Positions 47,965-60,716 of a DNA stretch of 64,000 nt are shown here, in pieces. The DNA is from Carcharhinus amblyrhynchos (taxonomy: Eukaryota). A program made the translations under genes and the position numbers. The stretch covers positions 10,230,001 to 10,294,000 of the forward strand of contig OZ336878.1 of the NCBI GenBank assembly GCA_965287045.1. The letters are read 5' to 3'. Each line of letters starts with the position of its first letter. Position 1 is the first letter of the stretch. A model generated the notes under the pieces. That model searched no databases, was not told the DNA's origin, and saw only the letters and a program-made list of their open reading frames with translations.

Positions 47965-49712
47965 AGGATATTATTAAACTAGAAAGCGTGCAGAAAAGAT
48001 TTATTAGGAGGATGGTTTGAGTTTTAAGAAGAGGCTGGATAGGATGGAACTTTTTCCCTGGAGCATTGAAGGTTGAGGGGTAATCTTATAGCGGTCTATA
48101 CAATAACGAGGGGCATGGACCAGCTAGATAGTCAATATCTTTTCCCAAAGGTAGAGGAGTCTAAAGCTAGAGGGCATAGGTTTAAGGTGAAAGGGGAGAG
48201 ATACAAAAGGGTCTAGAGGGACAGTTTTTTTTTCACGCAGGTCAGTGTTGGGACCGCAATTGTTTACAATTACGTAGATGATTTGGAGTTGGGGACCAAG
48301 TGTCAAAATTCACAGATGTATTGGTGACAGAGGTCACCAGGTCAATTGGTTCACCAGGATGTTGCCTGGTATGGAGGGGAGGTCCTATGAGAAGAGACTG
48401 AGGGATTTGGGGTTGTTTTCGCTAGAAAGAAGGCGGCTAAGAGGGGATCTTATTGAAACATATAAGATGATTAGAGGTTTAGATAGGGTGGATAGTGATA
48501 GCCTTTTTCCTCGGGTGGAGAAAGCTAGCACGAGGGGGCATGGCTTTAAATTAAGGGGGGGTAGTTATAGGATGGATGTCAGGGGTAGGTTCTTTACCCA
48601 GAGGGTGGTGAGGGATTGGAATGCCCTGCCTGCTGCAGTTGTAAATGCGCCTAGTTTGGGGGCATTTAAGAGATCCGTGGATAGATTTATGGATGAAAAG
48701 GGATTGGTTTAGGTTAGAGGGTCATTGTTTTTTAACTGGTCGGCGCAACATCGTGGGCCGAAGGGCCCATTCTGTGCTGTAATGTTCTATGTTCTAGAGG
48801 ATGCTGAAATTCTGCAAAGATATACAGATAGTCTAAGTGAGTGGGCGATGATCTGGCAGATGGAGTACAATGTTGGTATCCATTTTGATAGGAATAACAG
48901 CAAAATGAACTATTGTTTAAATGGTAAAAAATTGCAGCATGCTGCTGTGTAGAGGGACCTGGGTGTCCCTCTTGTGCAGGAATCTCAAGGAGTTGGTTTA
49001 TAGATACAGCAGGTAATTAAGAAGGCAAATGGAATTTTGTCCTTTATTGCTGGAGGGATGGAGTTTAAAAACAGCGAGGTTATGTTGCAGTTGTATCAGG
49101 TGCTGGTGAGGCTGCACCTGGAGTACTGTGTACAGTTTTGGTCTCCTTCCTTGAGAAAGGATATACTGGCACTGGAGGGGGTGCAGAGGAGATTCACTAG
49201 GTCGATTCTGGAGTTGAGAGGGTTGACTTATGAGGAGAGACTGAGTAGACTGGGCTATACTCATTGGAATTCAGAAGAATGAGGGGACAACTTACAGAAA
49301 CATATAAGAAGGAAATAGATAAGAAAGAAGCAGGGAAGTTGTTTCCACTGGCGGGTGAAACTAGAATTAGGGGGCATAGCCTCAAAATAAGAGGAAGCAG
49401 ATTTAGGACTGAGTTGAGGAAGAACTTGTTCACACAAAGGGTTGTGAATCTGTGAAATCTCTGCCCAGTGAAGCAGTTGAGGCTACCTCATTGAATGTTT
49501 TTAAGACAAGGTTAGATACATTTTTGAGCAGTAAAGGAATTAAAGGTTATAATGAGCAGGCCAGTAAGTGGAGCTGAGGCCATGGAAAGATCAGCCATAT
49601 GGGCCAAACGTGAGCAATTTGGATGAGCTTAGTGGTTTAAAAAAAAAGGGTGGCATAGACAAGTTGGGTTGAAGGGCCTGTTTCCATGCTGTAAACTTCT
49701 GACTCTACGACT
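47965..49712 (+). mobile_element. Triple-nested CR1 fragments
   Basis: Outer 47965-48240 + 49599-49712; middle 48241-48335 + 48797-49598; inner about 48346-48796 ending (atgttct)n. Confidence 0.7.
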
Positions 49713-49915
49713 GCTCATGTATAAAAGGGAAGTCCCTTTAAACAGCTCCTTATTCTCTCAAAGTGATGCAATTCCTTAAAAGAATGATACAGTTGCATAT
49801 CATGTTGGTAAATGTGAGAGCCACCCTCAAAAAGAAAGTGACAGGTTAGTCTGATTATAGTTATGTTAACTGAGGGAAGAGTGTTGGCCGGGACACACAA
49901 TTCCAAAATCTCAAC

Positions 49916-50187
49916 TGCATGGTGGTGCAGTGGTTAGTGCTGCTGCCTCAGCACCAGGAACCTGGGTTCGATTCCTGGCTTTGGTCACTATCTGTGTGGA
50001 GTCTGCACAGTTCTCTCATGTCTGTGTGGGTTTCCTCTGGGTGTTCTGGTTTCTTCCCATCCTCCAAAGATGTGCAGGTTAGGTAGATTGGCCATGCTAA
50101 ATTTAGCCACAGGCAGGGTTACGAGGATAGAGCGGAGAGTTGGTGCAGACCCCATGGCCCGAATGGCCTCTCTGCATTGTATGGAAT
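49916..50187 (+). mobile_element. V-SINE (HE1-like)
   Basis: Head 'ggtggtgcagtggttagtgctgctgcctca...ggttcgattcc' and core. Confidence 0.8.
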
Positions 50188-50371
50188 CCTGGGATCTTGC
50201 CTGGGAACACAGATGAGATCAATCTTTGACATCACATTTTAGGATGCGATCTTTCTGATGCGCAGCAATGTTCCATGACCACAGTGGTGTCCCATTATAA
50301 ATGAGCTTAATTCCTGGGGTCAGGATGAGCCCAGAATCTCTTCACACAGAGGCAGAAGTGCCACCAAGTTA

Positions 50372-50866
50372 AGGATATTATTAAACTAGAAAGAGTGCAG
50401 AGAAGGTTTACTAGGATGCTACCGGGACTTGATGGTTTGAGTTATAAAGAGAGGCTGGATAGACCGGGACTTTTTTTCTGGAGCGTAGGAGGCTGAGGGG
50501 TGATCTTGTAGAGGACTATAAAATAATGAGGGGCATAGATCAGCTAGACAGTCAATATCTTTTCCAAAGGTAGAGGAGTCTAAAATTAGAGGGCATAGGT
50601 TTAAAGTGAGAGGGGAGAGATACAAAAGTGTCCAGAGGGGCAATTTTTTCAGATTGAGGGTGGTGAGCGTCTGGAACAATTTGCCAGAGGTAGTAGTCGA
50701 GGCAAGTACAGTTTTGTCTTTTAAAAGCTATTTAGAAAGTTACATGGTTATAGAGGGATGTGGGCCAAATGTGGGCAATTGGGATTAGCTTTGGGGTTTA
50801 AGAAAAAGGGCAACATGGACAAGTTGGGCCTAAGACCTGTTTCCATGCTGTAAACTCTATGACTAT
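50372..50866 (+). mobile_element. CR1-derived ~500-bp element
   Basis: KLERVQRRFTRMLPG coding to 'ccatgctgtaaactctatgact' tail. Confidence 0.8.
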
Positions 50867-50969
50867 AACTGAGCCAAGAGAGTTGGTGACAAATGGAATT
50901 CATTCTGGAACGTCAGGGACAAGACTCTGTGATCGAATCAAATCCATTTTCTACCAAACGCAAGATTAC

Positions 50970-51191
50970 CTCTTTGAATCGCTCAGATTCTCTTTCCTTT
51001 ATCTCCAGGTCTTCAGCTCTCCTCCTGGCCCTTTCGTCTTCGATCTTCTTCTGTATTTCCTCCTCGGAGAGCTTACCGATCTTTTCAAACTTTGACTTTA
51101 GGTTCTTGGCTTGAATGGAGCCTGTTCGTTTTAGCCGAATTAACTCTTCGTACTCTGTGCTCACAACTTCAGTGCTCTCGTTGACTTCATC
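50970..51191 (-). CDS. NEXN: NEXN exon ([39 protein letters not shown]...ERFKE)
   Basis: tccag|GAT...GAG|gtaatc, 222 nt. Confidence 0.96.
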
Positions 51192-51989
51192 CTGGAAGAG
51201 AGTCAATGGCAGAGATTCAGGAATTGGGCTGGAGATACATGACTGGTTAATATTTATGTTGGTCTTCAATTGTCCACAACCGTGTGGCTTTTGTTTTCCC
51301 CCAGGGCTATTTCATGGATAGTTGACCACATTGTGTATGGCTGGAGTCATACATAGGCCGGACTAGTTAAAAATGGCAGGAATTCTTCCTTTAAAGATTA
51401 ATTATAATCTAATTATTTCTCAATCACTTTTTCTGATCCCAGCCTTTTATTTCCAGATTCTTTGTAAACAGAATTCAAATTCTCAAATTCATATCCTATT
51501 TAGTCCAGGGTTCTGGATTATTGGTGGCAGAACTTAGAAGCTGGACTAGGCCTTTTGGCCCTCCAAGCCTGCTCCGCCATTCATTTTGATCATGGCTGAT
51601 CATTGAATTCAATATCCTGATCCTGCCTTCCTCTCATGTCCCTCGATCTCTTTAGACCTAAGGGGTATGTCTAACACAACTGACAAACCACCATACATTC
51701 AACTGAGGGGAAAAATATTCACCATATTCCCAACAAGGCCAATGGGACTCTTGATTTAATAACTCACCCAAAAGCGGCACCTCTGGCAGTGCAGCACTCC
51801 CTCAGTTCCGCACCAGGAGCGTCAACTGAGATTTTGTGCCCAAGTTTCATGAGCTGGACTCCAGCTCACGATCTTCTGCTTTGGAAGCGAGCGAGTTTGT
51901 GGCTGAATCAGCAGTCGAAGTACGATGTGCCCCTCACCTGCCACTCACCGCGTGCCCATCAACCTCACCGCAAACTTTACTCCACTCAC

Positions 51990-52193
51990 CTCTCCCATTT
52001 CCTGTCGCTGTTGTTCAAACTCTTGTTTCTCCTGTTCTAGTTTCTGCCTTCGCTCCTCTTCTGTCCGTCTTTTCTCTTCTTCCATCTTTTGTTTCAAAAG
52101 CTCTTCAAAGTTGATTTCCAATTTGCGTGGGCAGAGCACATCATCGGATTCTGAAGATGTTCTTTTGACATCGGTTGACTCATCATCAAATTC
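51990..52193 (-). CDS. NEXN: NEXN exon (EFDDES...[47 protein letters not shown])
   Basis: aatag|GAA...GAG|gtgagt, 204 nt. Confidence 0.94.
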
Positions 52194-52552
52194 CTATTTG
52201 GGGAGGTGGCGGGGAGGGTGGTGGGAAAAAGCAATCTTTGTGAAAACATCTTTTCAAATTTGTATTGTTTACTCATTTGAGACACAACCCTTTCCTGCCC
52301 TCCAAAAGGCAAACTCTTGTTTGGCATTTCGTGAATGTGGGTGATCTATAATTATTAAGGATCGACTGTTTGATATTCTAAGTGTTTTGAAGTGTTGGAC
52401 ACTGAGAAATATTACCCTCTCCTTCACGATTAGTTATGTTCAGTGACGTACGGTCCTGTAGCCATCAGTGCTGTGAATGGCCATGTAGGTGGTAAGCTTC
52501 AGCATCTTACTAGGCTGCAGTAGAGGTACCAAACTCGGGTCTCAAGCAACAC

Positions 52553-52823
52553 AGCGGCACAGTGGTTAGCACTGCTGCCTCTCAGCGCTAGGGACACAGG
52601 TTCGATTCCCAGCTTGGGTCACTGTCTGCGTGGAGTTTGCATGCTCTCCCCATGTCTGTGTGGGTTTCCTCCAGGTGCTCTGGTTTCCTCCCACAGTGCA
52701 AAAGACATGCCGGTTAGGTGCATTGGCCGAACAGGTGCCAGAGTGTGGCGACTGGGGGTTTTTCACAGTAACTTCATTGCAATGTTAATGTAAGCCTACT
52801 TGTGACAAACAAATAAACTTTAA
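52553..52823 (+). mobile_element. V-SINE
   Basis: Complete head, core and 'gcctacttgtgac..aataaacttt' tail. Confidence 0.85.
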
Positions 52824-53977
52824 ACATACACTTTCCAGTGAGGTAGGACTGGAATTTAAGCAGCAAATGTGATCTCTCGAGGAGGGTGAACCGATATTTG
52901 AAGAGGAATGTTCCAATTTCTTTTCGCTTAACTTTTTTTTTGGTCACCCGGGAGATTGGATGGTTGTGGGAGGTCTTTGCGGTTGGATGTATATATTCAC
53001 AATTCTCCAGCCACCTTCAAGATGTGATGGAATAGCTGATCTTTTTGTTGGCCAATTTTGTAAGGCCAATTCTTGATCACAAATGCCTGCATGAGTTTGC
53101 CTTTTACCATCTTTCCCATCCGGACTCTCAGTGGGGACCAGTCTGCAATCGGCATTCACGGCAAACAAAAATCTAGGTGAGGTTTAAACCGTACTAAAAG
53201 TGAGGTGTGCCTTATGTGGCAGTGAGATACGCTATAAGGAGGTGCTGGGTTTGATGTTAACATTCTTGCTTACACAGTATTTGTACTTTTTAATAAATTA
53301 TGCCTTACTTCGTCAGGTCCATAATCATCCTCGTGTGAACTTGCATGCTCCTTCAGAATGCTATCCTGGTCTGGACTCTTAAAAAATAATTAGGACATTG
53401 GATAACTCTTAACAGCCGTAAATATCACTTCAATAATGGAACCACTAAAGTCAAAGGAGTTACGTTGGGGCATTATAATAAAAGATAAAACGTTACGTTG
53501 GCTTCACTGACTGTAAGCATGAAAATAACTGGTCTCACAATACCATTCCTGAAATGTAGGAAGCATGGCTCAAGTTTGGTCAATAACGTTGCCTCATCGT
53601 CCCAGTTAGTCAACTCTCAAGCCTGCTTCATCATTGAATTAAATTTTGATTAACTCTGTTAACACGCTTTGATTCTGAGACCTTTAATACAGTTGTCAAT
53701 AGAAGACTTCTGGGTTGCCTTTGATGTGAGCTGCCAGTCTCTTTTCAAACACTCTTTGCTTCTCTAATCTACTTTGTCCATTCCCCTCTTAACCTTCCAG
53801 ATTCAGCTTGGTTCTCAATTGTCTTATCCACCCGAGATTGATCATAAATTCGCTTTTTCTCCTTCATCTTTATCCCTCGTATCGTTCAGGCAGCCCCGGA
53901 TTTGTTTGCCCTGCCTATCCAGCTTTGTGGGAATATACCGTGTCTTCTGCCCAAAAAGCTACACATTCTCCCAAATA

Positions 53978-54890
53978 GAAAAGGCAAATGGAATGTTGGC
54001 CTTTATTTCAAAGGAAACGGAGTATAACAATAGCAGCGCTTTGCTGTATCTATAAAAGGCATGAGTTAGGCCACACCTGGAATACTGTGAACGGTTTGAG
54101 TCCCCTCGTCTAAGGAAAGATATACTGGCATTGGAGGCAGTCCAGTGAAAGTTCAGTAGGTTGATTCTGGGTATGGAGGGGTTTGCCAATGGGGAGAGGT
54201 TGAGTAGATTGGGCCTGTACTCATTGGAGTTTAGCGGGATGAGAGGAGACCTGATTGAGACATTTTAGATTCTCAGGGGACTTGAAGGGTAGATGCTGAG
54301 AGGTTGTTTTCCCTCATGAGACAGTCTTGGACCATAATCTCAGAGTAAGGGGTTGTCCATTTAAGACAACGATGAGGAAGAATTTCTCCTGAGGATGGTG
54401 ACTCTGGAATTCTTTACTGTAGGGGTTGGGTCATTAAGTATGTTCGAGGCTGAGAGAGACCGACTTTTAATCAGTAAAGGAATCAAGGTGGGAAAGTGGA
54501 GTTGAGGATTATATCAGATGCATAATGATTTTATTAAATTGCAGAGCAGACTGGGTTAGCACTGCTGCTTCACACCGCCAGAGACCTGGGTTCGATTCCT
54601 GTCTTGGGTCACTGTCTGTGCCGTCTGAACAGCACATTCTCCCTGTGTCTGCGTGGGTTTCCCCAGGTGCTCCAGTTTCCTCCCACAATCTGAAAGGCAT
54701 GCCGGGTTAGGTGCATTGGGCATGCTAATTTCTCGCTCAATGTACCTGAACAGGTGCCGGAGTGTGGCAACTAGGGGATTTTCACAGTAACTTCATTGCA
54801 GTGTTAATGTAAACCTGCCTGTGACACTAATAAATAAGCTTAAACTCAATGGGCCAAATGGCCTATTCTGCTCCTATGTCTTCTGGTCTT
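53978..54890 (+). mobile_element. CR1 3' fragment with a V-SINE (about 54554-54845) inserted in its 3' UTR
   Basis: KANGMLAFI coding; the UTR breaks at 'gagcagact' and resumes 'caatgggccaaatggcctattctgctcc'. Confidence 0.75.
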
Positions 54891-55160
54891 GCCTTTGGAA
54901 ACTGTTCTGGTTGCCAACCTTTGAATCAGGCCCAGATCAATTGGAATCATCCTTCCCCCACTGATATTGTTATTTTTCCCCCAATTAATTATTCTTACTC
55001 CAGATTGGCCCTCCTCCGTTCCCATAGCTAACCTGAACCTTGTGATAAAATGATCACTGTCCCCTAAATGCTCCCCAACTGACATTTGATTCATAAGAAT
55101 TCTGGTGTTGAATACCTATCCACCAAGATGACCTGTCTCGGCACAGCAGATGAATGTGAT

Positions 55161-55279
55161 AAAAATAAAATACTGCAGATGCTGAAATCTGAAACAAAAA
55201 CAAATCTCAACAGGTCTGACAGCATCTGTGGAGAGAATAGAGCCAATGTTTCGCGTCTGGATGACCCTTCATCAGAGAT
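55161..55279 (-). mobile_element. Penelope-like terminal fragment with hammerhead motif
   Basis: Minus strand CTGATGA-A-GGGTC atcca GACGC-GAAA-CATT plus family tail. Confidence 0.7.
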
Positions 55280-56015
55280 GAATAGGATGAACTGTCTTGG
55301 AAAGACTTTTGCTTCTTCTCCCTCTATTCTCCCTCTATTGTTTAACTGTCTTAAAGTACTTAAACTGTAGGCTACACCCATTAGTGGTAGATGGTAAATT
55401 GCATGAGATGGAGACTATAGTGTTTTCTGCTATCCAATAAAATGGCATGCCATATCTTAAAATACTAACCAAGAGGAAGGACTGAGGTTCAGTAAGGGGT
55501 GGAGTTGATCTTTAGCCATAAGCACCAAACAGGCAACAGTGAGTAGACTACCTGCCTTGGACCTCACCCAATGATCCCTTCCTTCCAAGTCTGGATAGAA
55601 ACCCTCCTCAAATCTTCCTGGAGCAAAGGAGAGTGAGCACTTCTCAGAGAGAGGCCCATCTTGTACGTGGCACTGCCAGAGAAACGTAACACGTGGCTGC
55701 CTCCAAAGGTCAAAAAAATCCGTGGCCTTGAAATCAGAATCATACAGCGCAGAAATGACCCTTTGACCTGTCAAGTCCGCACCAACACATTAGAAAGTCC
55801 TGAACTCCCATCTAATCCCACCTGCCAGCACTTGGCCCACAGTCCTGAATGTTACGAAATTATAACAGGGGAATGCTGAAGGTGCTTCATCTGTTACCAC
55901 TTTGCAGAGATGTCCAGCGAAACTCAAGACAATTGGGTAATTTCCCTGTCTAACACACCTGGAGACTACACGGCTTTGTGACTGGGATAGATGTTATGCA
56001 GGTAATTTATGGGTA

Positions 56016-56212
56016 ACTATCCTCCACTCGCTGCATTCTTGCGGAAGAAATAATTAATATCGATGATGTAAACTTTCCTCAACTCCTGTCATTTTGTGGG
56101 AGAAATAATTTATGTTACATAACTACGCTCCACTCGCTGCATATTCTGGGAGAAATATTTAACTTAGATTAGATAACTATCATCCTCTTATTCCATTTTG
56201 CAGGAGCAATAG
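56016..56212. repeat. Degenerate tandem repeat, 4 units of about 50-55 bp
   Basis: Units begin aact at 56016, 56071, 56121, 56175 and share 'c.cca/actc....cat....gg.aga/caata'. Confidence 0.65.
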
Positions 56213-56441
56213 GGTCAAACTGCCTGGTTTAAATTGCTTGACAATTAACTATCAATCTCCATCAACTGGTGCACTCTCCACGACAATGCCTCGACCAATC
56301 AGAATCCACTTGCCAATCAATCAGCATTCTCTTCTCATACGGTATAAATTATCATTTATCCCTCGTACTGGTATTCTTGTGAAGTGTCCTGTTGAATGCC
56401 AGATGAAAGCTTCAACATATCTCTCCTTTTCAGCAATACTC
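56213..56441 (+). mobile_element. Probable Penelope-type terminal repeat with CCAAT/TATA and decayed hammerhead-like motif
   Basis: ccaatca twice, tataaa at 56343-56348, then cctgttga...gaaagcttc. Confidence 0.4.
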
Positions 56442-57444
56442 GTACTGTACGACCTAATGACTAATTCTATTTTCATTGGGAAACTTTTCTGTAGTTTCAG
56501 TCATGGGCTGTATTTTCTATAGTTGGTGGAGAATTTGCGACAAGATCAACTATTTGCAACAGGTCCTTCTGTAAATCCCAGTCTAACTCCAACTCCTTGA
56601 ATGACACAGTCATGTTAATGCTCTCTCCATAAAATAAATGGGATAAAGTCCCCATTAAAATAAGAGCGCTCAGAATCTCAAACAAATGCAGCAACATTTG
56701 TGCCGTAGTTTTAATTTAAAGTGAATTTTGTTTTGGTAAGTCCTGATCTTATCCTGCTGGTATGTGAAGGACTCTTTATTTGAAATGATGAAAATTGCAA
56801 AGAAAAGTCATGAATCCAGCTCTTTATAATTTGAAGAGCTAGGATTTGAAAATCCAATATTTATCCCTCAACATTACAAATGAGATTGCACAGATTGAGC
56901 TGGTCAATATCTTATTGCTGTTATGAGAGCTTGCTGAGTGCAAATTGATTGCTATCTTTCCCTACATCATAACAGTAACTACACATTAGAAGTATTTACT
57001 TGGCCAAGGTAGTTTAAAATGTCCTGAGGTCATGAAAAGTTCATGAAAAGTCCCAAACAGGCACTGGAGTGTGGCGACTAGGGGATTTTCACAGTAACTT
57101 CATTGTAGTGTTAATATAAGCAAACTTGTGACTGATAAATAAACTTCTACATAAATGAAAGTTCCTCCTTTGCCTCCAATATTGTGTCTCTGACAGATCA
57201 AAGGATCATTCTTTGATCAAGGAATTTTGTATCATGCATTTTGCATTGGCTTTTCATTTAATGTATTTCCTCTGGTCCTAGATTGATAGAAATATAACCC
57301 AGTTTTGTTTTATCCGTGTCATTCAATGTTCAATAATCTCAATGAAGCCCATTAGCTGCTTTCCTTTCAGACTGTACAGCTGAAGCGTGGCCCATCTTTG
57401 TTCCTCAGAGGTCTCCTTTACGTTTGGATTTATTGCCCTTCAAG

Positions 57445-57750
57445 GGCAGCATGGTAGCACAGTGGTTGGCACTGCTGCCTCACGGCGCCAGGGACCACAA
57501 CTCGATACCGGCCTTCGGTTACTATCAGTGTGGAGTTTACCCATCCTCCCTGTGTCTGCATGGGTTTCCTCCCACACTCCAAAGATGTGCGGGCTAGGTG
57601 AATTGGCCATGTTAAATTAACCCTAATGTCAAGGGATTGGCAGGGTAAATGTGTGGGGGTTACGGGAATAGGGCCTGGGTGGGATTGTGGTTGATGTAGA
57701 CTTGATAGACCGAATGGCCTCCTTCTGCACTGTAGGGATTCTACAATTCA
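57445..57750 (+). mobile_element. V-SINE (HE1-like)
   Basis: Head, core and 'ctgcactgtagggattcta' tail. Confidence 0.8.
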
Positions 57751-58089
57751 AGGACCATCTGCTATGCTTGGATTGATATAATAATGGTAATAAGTGGATT
57801 AATGATGGAACCTGGATTACCAATTCTGTCCATCAGTAATATTTAGCTCTTGGAGTCTACTGCCCAAGTAATTAATGGCGTCTAGTTGCAATACCAAGAT
57901 TCAAGATTTAAAATAAAAATTAGGAAGTTTATTTATTAGTGTCACAAGTAGGCTTACATTAACACTTACATTCACATTGCTATGAATAAATAAAGTGAAT
58001 GATTAGAAATATTTGTGACGCCTCTGGAACAGCTACTATTCCAGACACCATTCCCTGCATAAGCATTTCCATGCTGGATTTTTCAAATT

Positions 58090-58720
58090 ATTATTCATTC
58101 GCAGGATGTGGGCAAGGACAGCATTCATTGCCCATCTAGAGCTGCCCTTGTGAAGGGAACTGCCTTCTTGAATCACTGCAGTCCATGTACGTACACCCAT
58201 AGTGCTGCTACGGAGAGAATTCCAGGATTTTGACCCAGCGACAGTGAGGGCACAGCCTCATATTTCCGAGTCAGGATGATGAGTGACTTGGAGGGGAACC
58301 TCTAGATGCTGGTGTTCCCCAGTGTCTGCTGCTCTCATCCTTCTGGATGGTAGCTCGAGGTTGTGGGTTTGGAAAGTGCTGCCTAAGGAGCCTTGGTAAG
58401 TTGCTGCAGCGCATCTTGTGGGATGGTACTGAGCTGCCACTGTGTGTTGGAGAGAGTGAATGTTTGTGTCTGGGGAGCCAGTCAGGCAGGTTGCTTTGTC
58501 CTGAATGGAGTTGAGCTTTTTGAGTGTTGGAACTGCGCTCGTCCAGGCAAATCGAGAGTATTCCATCACACTCCTGAGTTGTACCTTGTAGATGGTGGGC
58601 AGATTTTGGAGTGTCAGGAGGTGAGTTAATCTCCACAGGATAGGACTCCTTGGCTCTGAGCTGCTGTTATGGCCATAATGTTGAAAAGGCTAGACCAGTT
58701 TCTGGTCAATGGTAACCCCT
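58090..58720 (-). mobile_element. Non-LTR retrotransposon 3' fragment
   Basis: ORF 58258-58569(-) MEYS..AW.SA.PTLKKL..IQDKA..L...NIHSL, typical of RT C-terminal regions. Confidence 0.65.
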
Positions 58721-58974
58721 AGGAAGGGGTTAGGTCAGGTTAACCTCTCTCACACAATGGTCTGCCACGCCGATCAGCCCTGTTTTGCCAGTTGCGCTGA
58801 ATGGGGATGGACCTCTCTGTATTGCTGTCAGGAGAATTGGATTACCTGGGATCTGCTCATGTAAGAAACTAGACAAGGAAAGCTGCCCGTTGGTCTGTGA
58901 CCTGCCTGATATCCATCCAGTCACACCCACTAATTCCTTTGGGCTGGTGGTTGGGAGGGTTTACTGTCCCCAGA

Positions 58975-59331
58975 TCATAGAATGAAAGAATCCCCATAGT
59001 GAAGAAAGAGGCCATTCGACCCATCAGGCCTGCACCCATGACAATCCCACCCAGGCCCTTTCCCCGTCACCCCACATATTTACCCTGCTAATCCCCTTGA
59101 CATAAGGGACAATTCAGCAGGGCCAACCCACCTAACCTGCACATCTTTGGACACCAAGGGGCAATTTAGCATGGCCATGTCTTTATACTGTGGGAGAAAA
59201 CCAGAACGCCCAGAGGAAACTCACACAGATACGGGGAGAACATGCAGATTCCGCACAGGCAGTGACCCAAACCAGGAATCAAACCTGGGCCACTGGCACT
59301 GTGAGGCAGCAGTGTTAACCACTGTGCCACC
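58975..59331 (-). mobile_element. V-SINE (HE1-like)
   Basis: Reverse-complement SINE. Confidence 0.8.
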
Positions 59332-59490
59332 CAAGTTCTTGGCCTGACCCTAACCCGAAACCACATTTTCTGCAGATTTTCCACTTGGCGAGAACTTGTT
59401 ACTGAGGAATTTCACAACTTTCTAGATGTCAGTAACCACTCGCTACTTTTCAGTGATCGATACAACGTGAGTTACAACATGAGTACCTAC

Positions 59491-59688
59491 CATGTTTCTC
59501 CGAGCTTCGGCAAATTGCTTCCTCTCTTCCTCCAAGCGCTTGCGAGCCTCCTCCTCTGCTTTGCGCTGCTCCTCCTCACGCCGCTGCCTCTCCAGCTCCT
59601 CGAAACTTAGCTTTAGTTTCCCGGGCCGCATTGGATCCTTCTGAGCCACACTCAGGCTGGGTAGATCATCTTCATCTTCAGCTAGAGA
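59491..59688 (-). CDS. NEXN: NEXN exon ([40 protein letters not shown]...FAEARRNM)
   Basis: ctcag|TCT...ATG|gtaggt, 198 nt. Confidence 0.9.
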
Positions 59689-60194
59689 CTGAGTAGAAAG
59701 GAGCCATCAGATTAGGGTGATAGTCAAGGCAACGTCAGGAGAAAAATAACTAGGCCACTCAGCCCCCTGAAGGTCATTCTCCTAACATCCAAACTCCCCG
59801 TTTAGTCACCAGTCCCATTTTTGAATGCCTTTTGCCTGGCTGACTATTTCAGATTTTTATTGCTCTAATTGAGAGTTTCTTATTAACATTGTGCAGTAAA
59901 ATTTGGAAGTGGCCAGAGAGCTCAAGAAGATAACATTGTTAAAATGCAAAGGAGATCCCGGATCTTATAAAAGGAGCAAAACCATTTCTGGGTCAATGGG
60001 GGAAGGGTGAGAGTAATTGGACAACTCTTTCAAAGAGCCAGTATGGTTATGAGGGGCAGAATGGTCTCCTGTGTTGTATTATTCTGGTTCAGGTGTTCAG
60101 ACTCTGAAGATGGAACTTGAATCCATCATCTACTTTTTGTCCTTGCCCACCAGCTATTGAATTAAGACTGTCCAGACTCCAATATGCATTCACT

Positions 60195-60492
60195 AAGTGA
60201 TAGACTCCATATTGTGCAGAAGGAGGTCATTCGGCCCATCAAGACTGCGCTGACCATCCCATTCAGGCCCTATCCCTATCACCCCAAATGTTAACCCTGC
60301 TAATTCCCATGACACGTAGGGGCAAATTAGCTTGGCCAGTCCATATAACCCACACATCTCTGGACTGTGGTAGGAAACCCACACAGACACAGGGAGAATG
60401 TATAAACTCGCAAGTTTAGACAGCAATCCAATCCAGGAATTGAACCCAGATCCCTGGCGCTGTGAGACGGCAATGCTAACCACTGTGCCACA
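60195..60492 (-). mobile_element. V-SINE
   Basis: Reverse-complement SINE. Confidence 0.75.
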
Positions 60493-60536
60493 TTGTACAT
60501 GGATAACAAGTGCAAGCTGTAGCATTAGGTTCCAAC

Positions 60537-60716
60537 CTTCCTTGCTTCAGCAAAAGCTGCCTTTTCCTCCTCGATGCGCCGCCTAGCTTCCTCCTCTGTT
60601 TTCCTCCTCTCCTCATCCTGCCTCCGCCTTTCTATTTCTTCAAAGCTGAGTTTTAACTTCCCGGGACGGATTTCACTTTTGCAGGGGGCTGCGTTCTCCG
60701 GCGTCTCGTCTTTATC
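60537..60716 (-). CDS. NEXN: NEXN exon ([36 protein letters not shown]...AFAEARK)
   Basis: aaaag|GAT...AAG|gttgga, 180 nt, phase 0-0; not in the ORF track because it lacks a start codon. Confidence 0.85.

Noticed and set aside
56016-56212. CRISPR-like repeat-spacer appearance
   Set aside because: Eukaryotic intron, degenerate repeats, short linkers and no cas genes.
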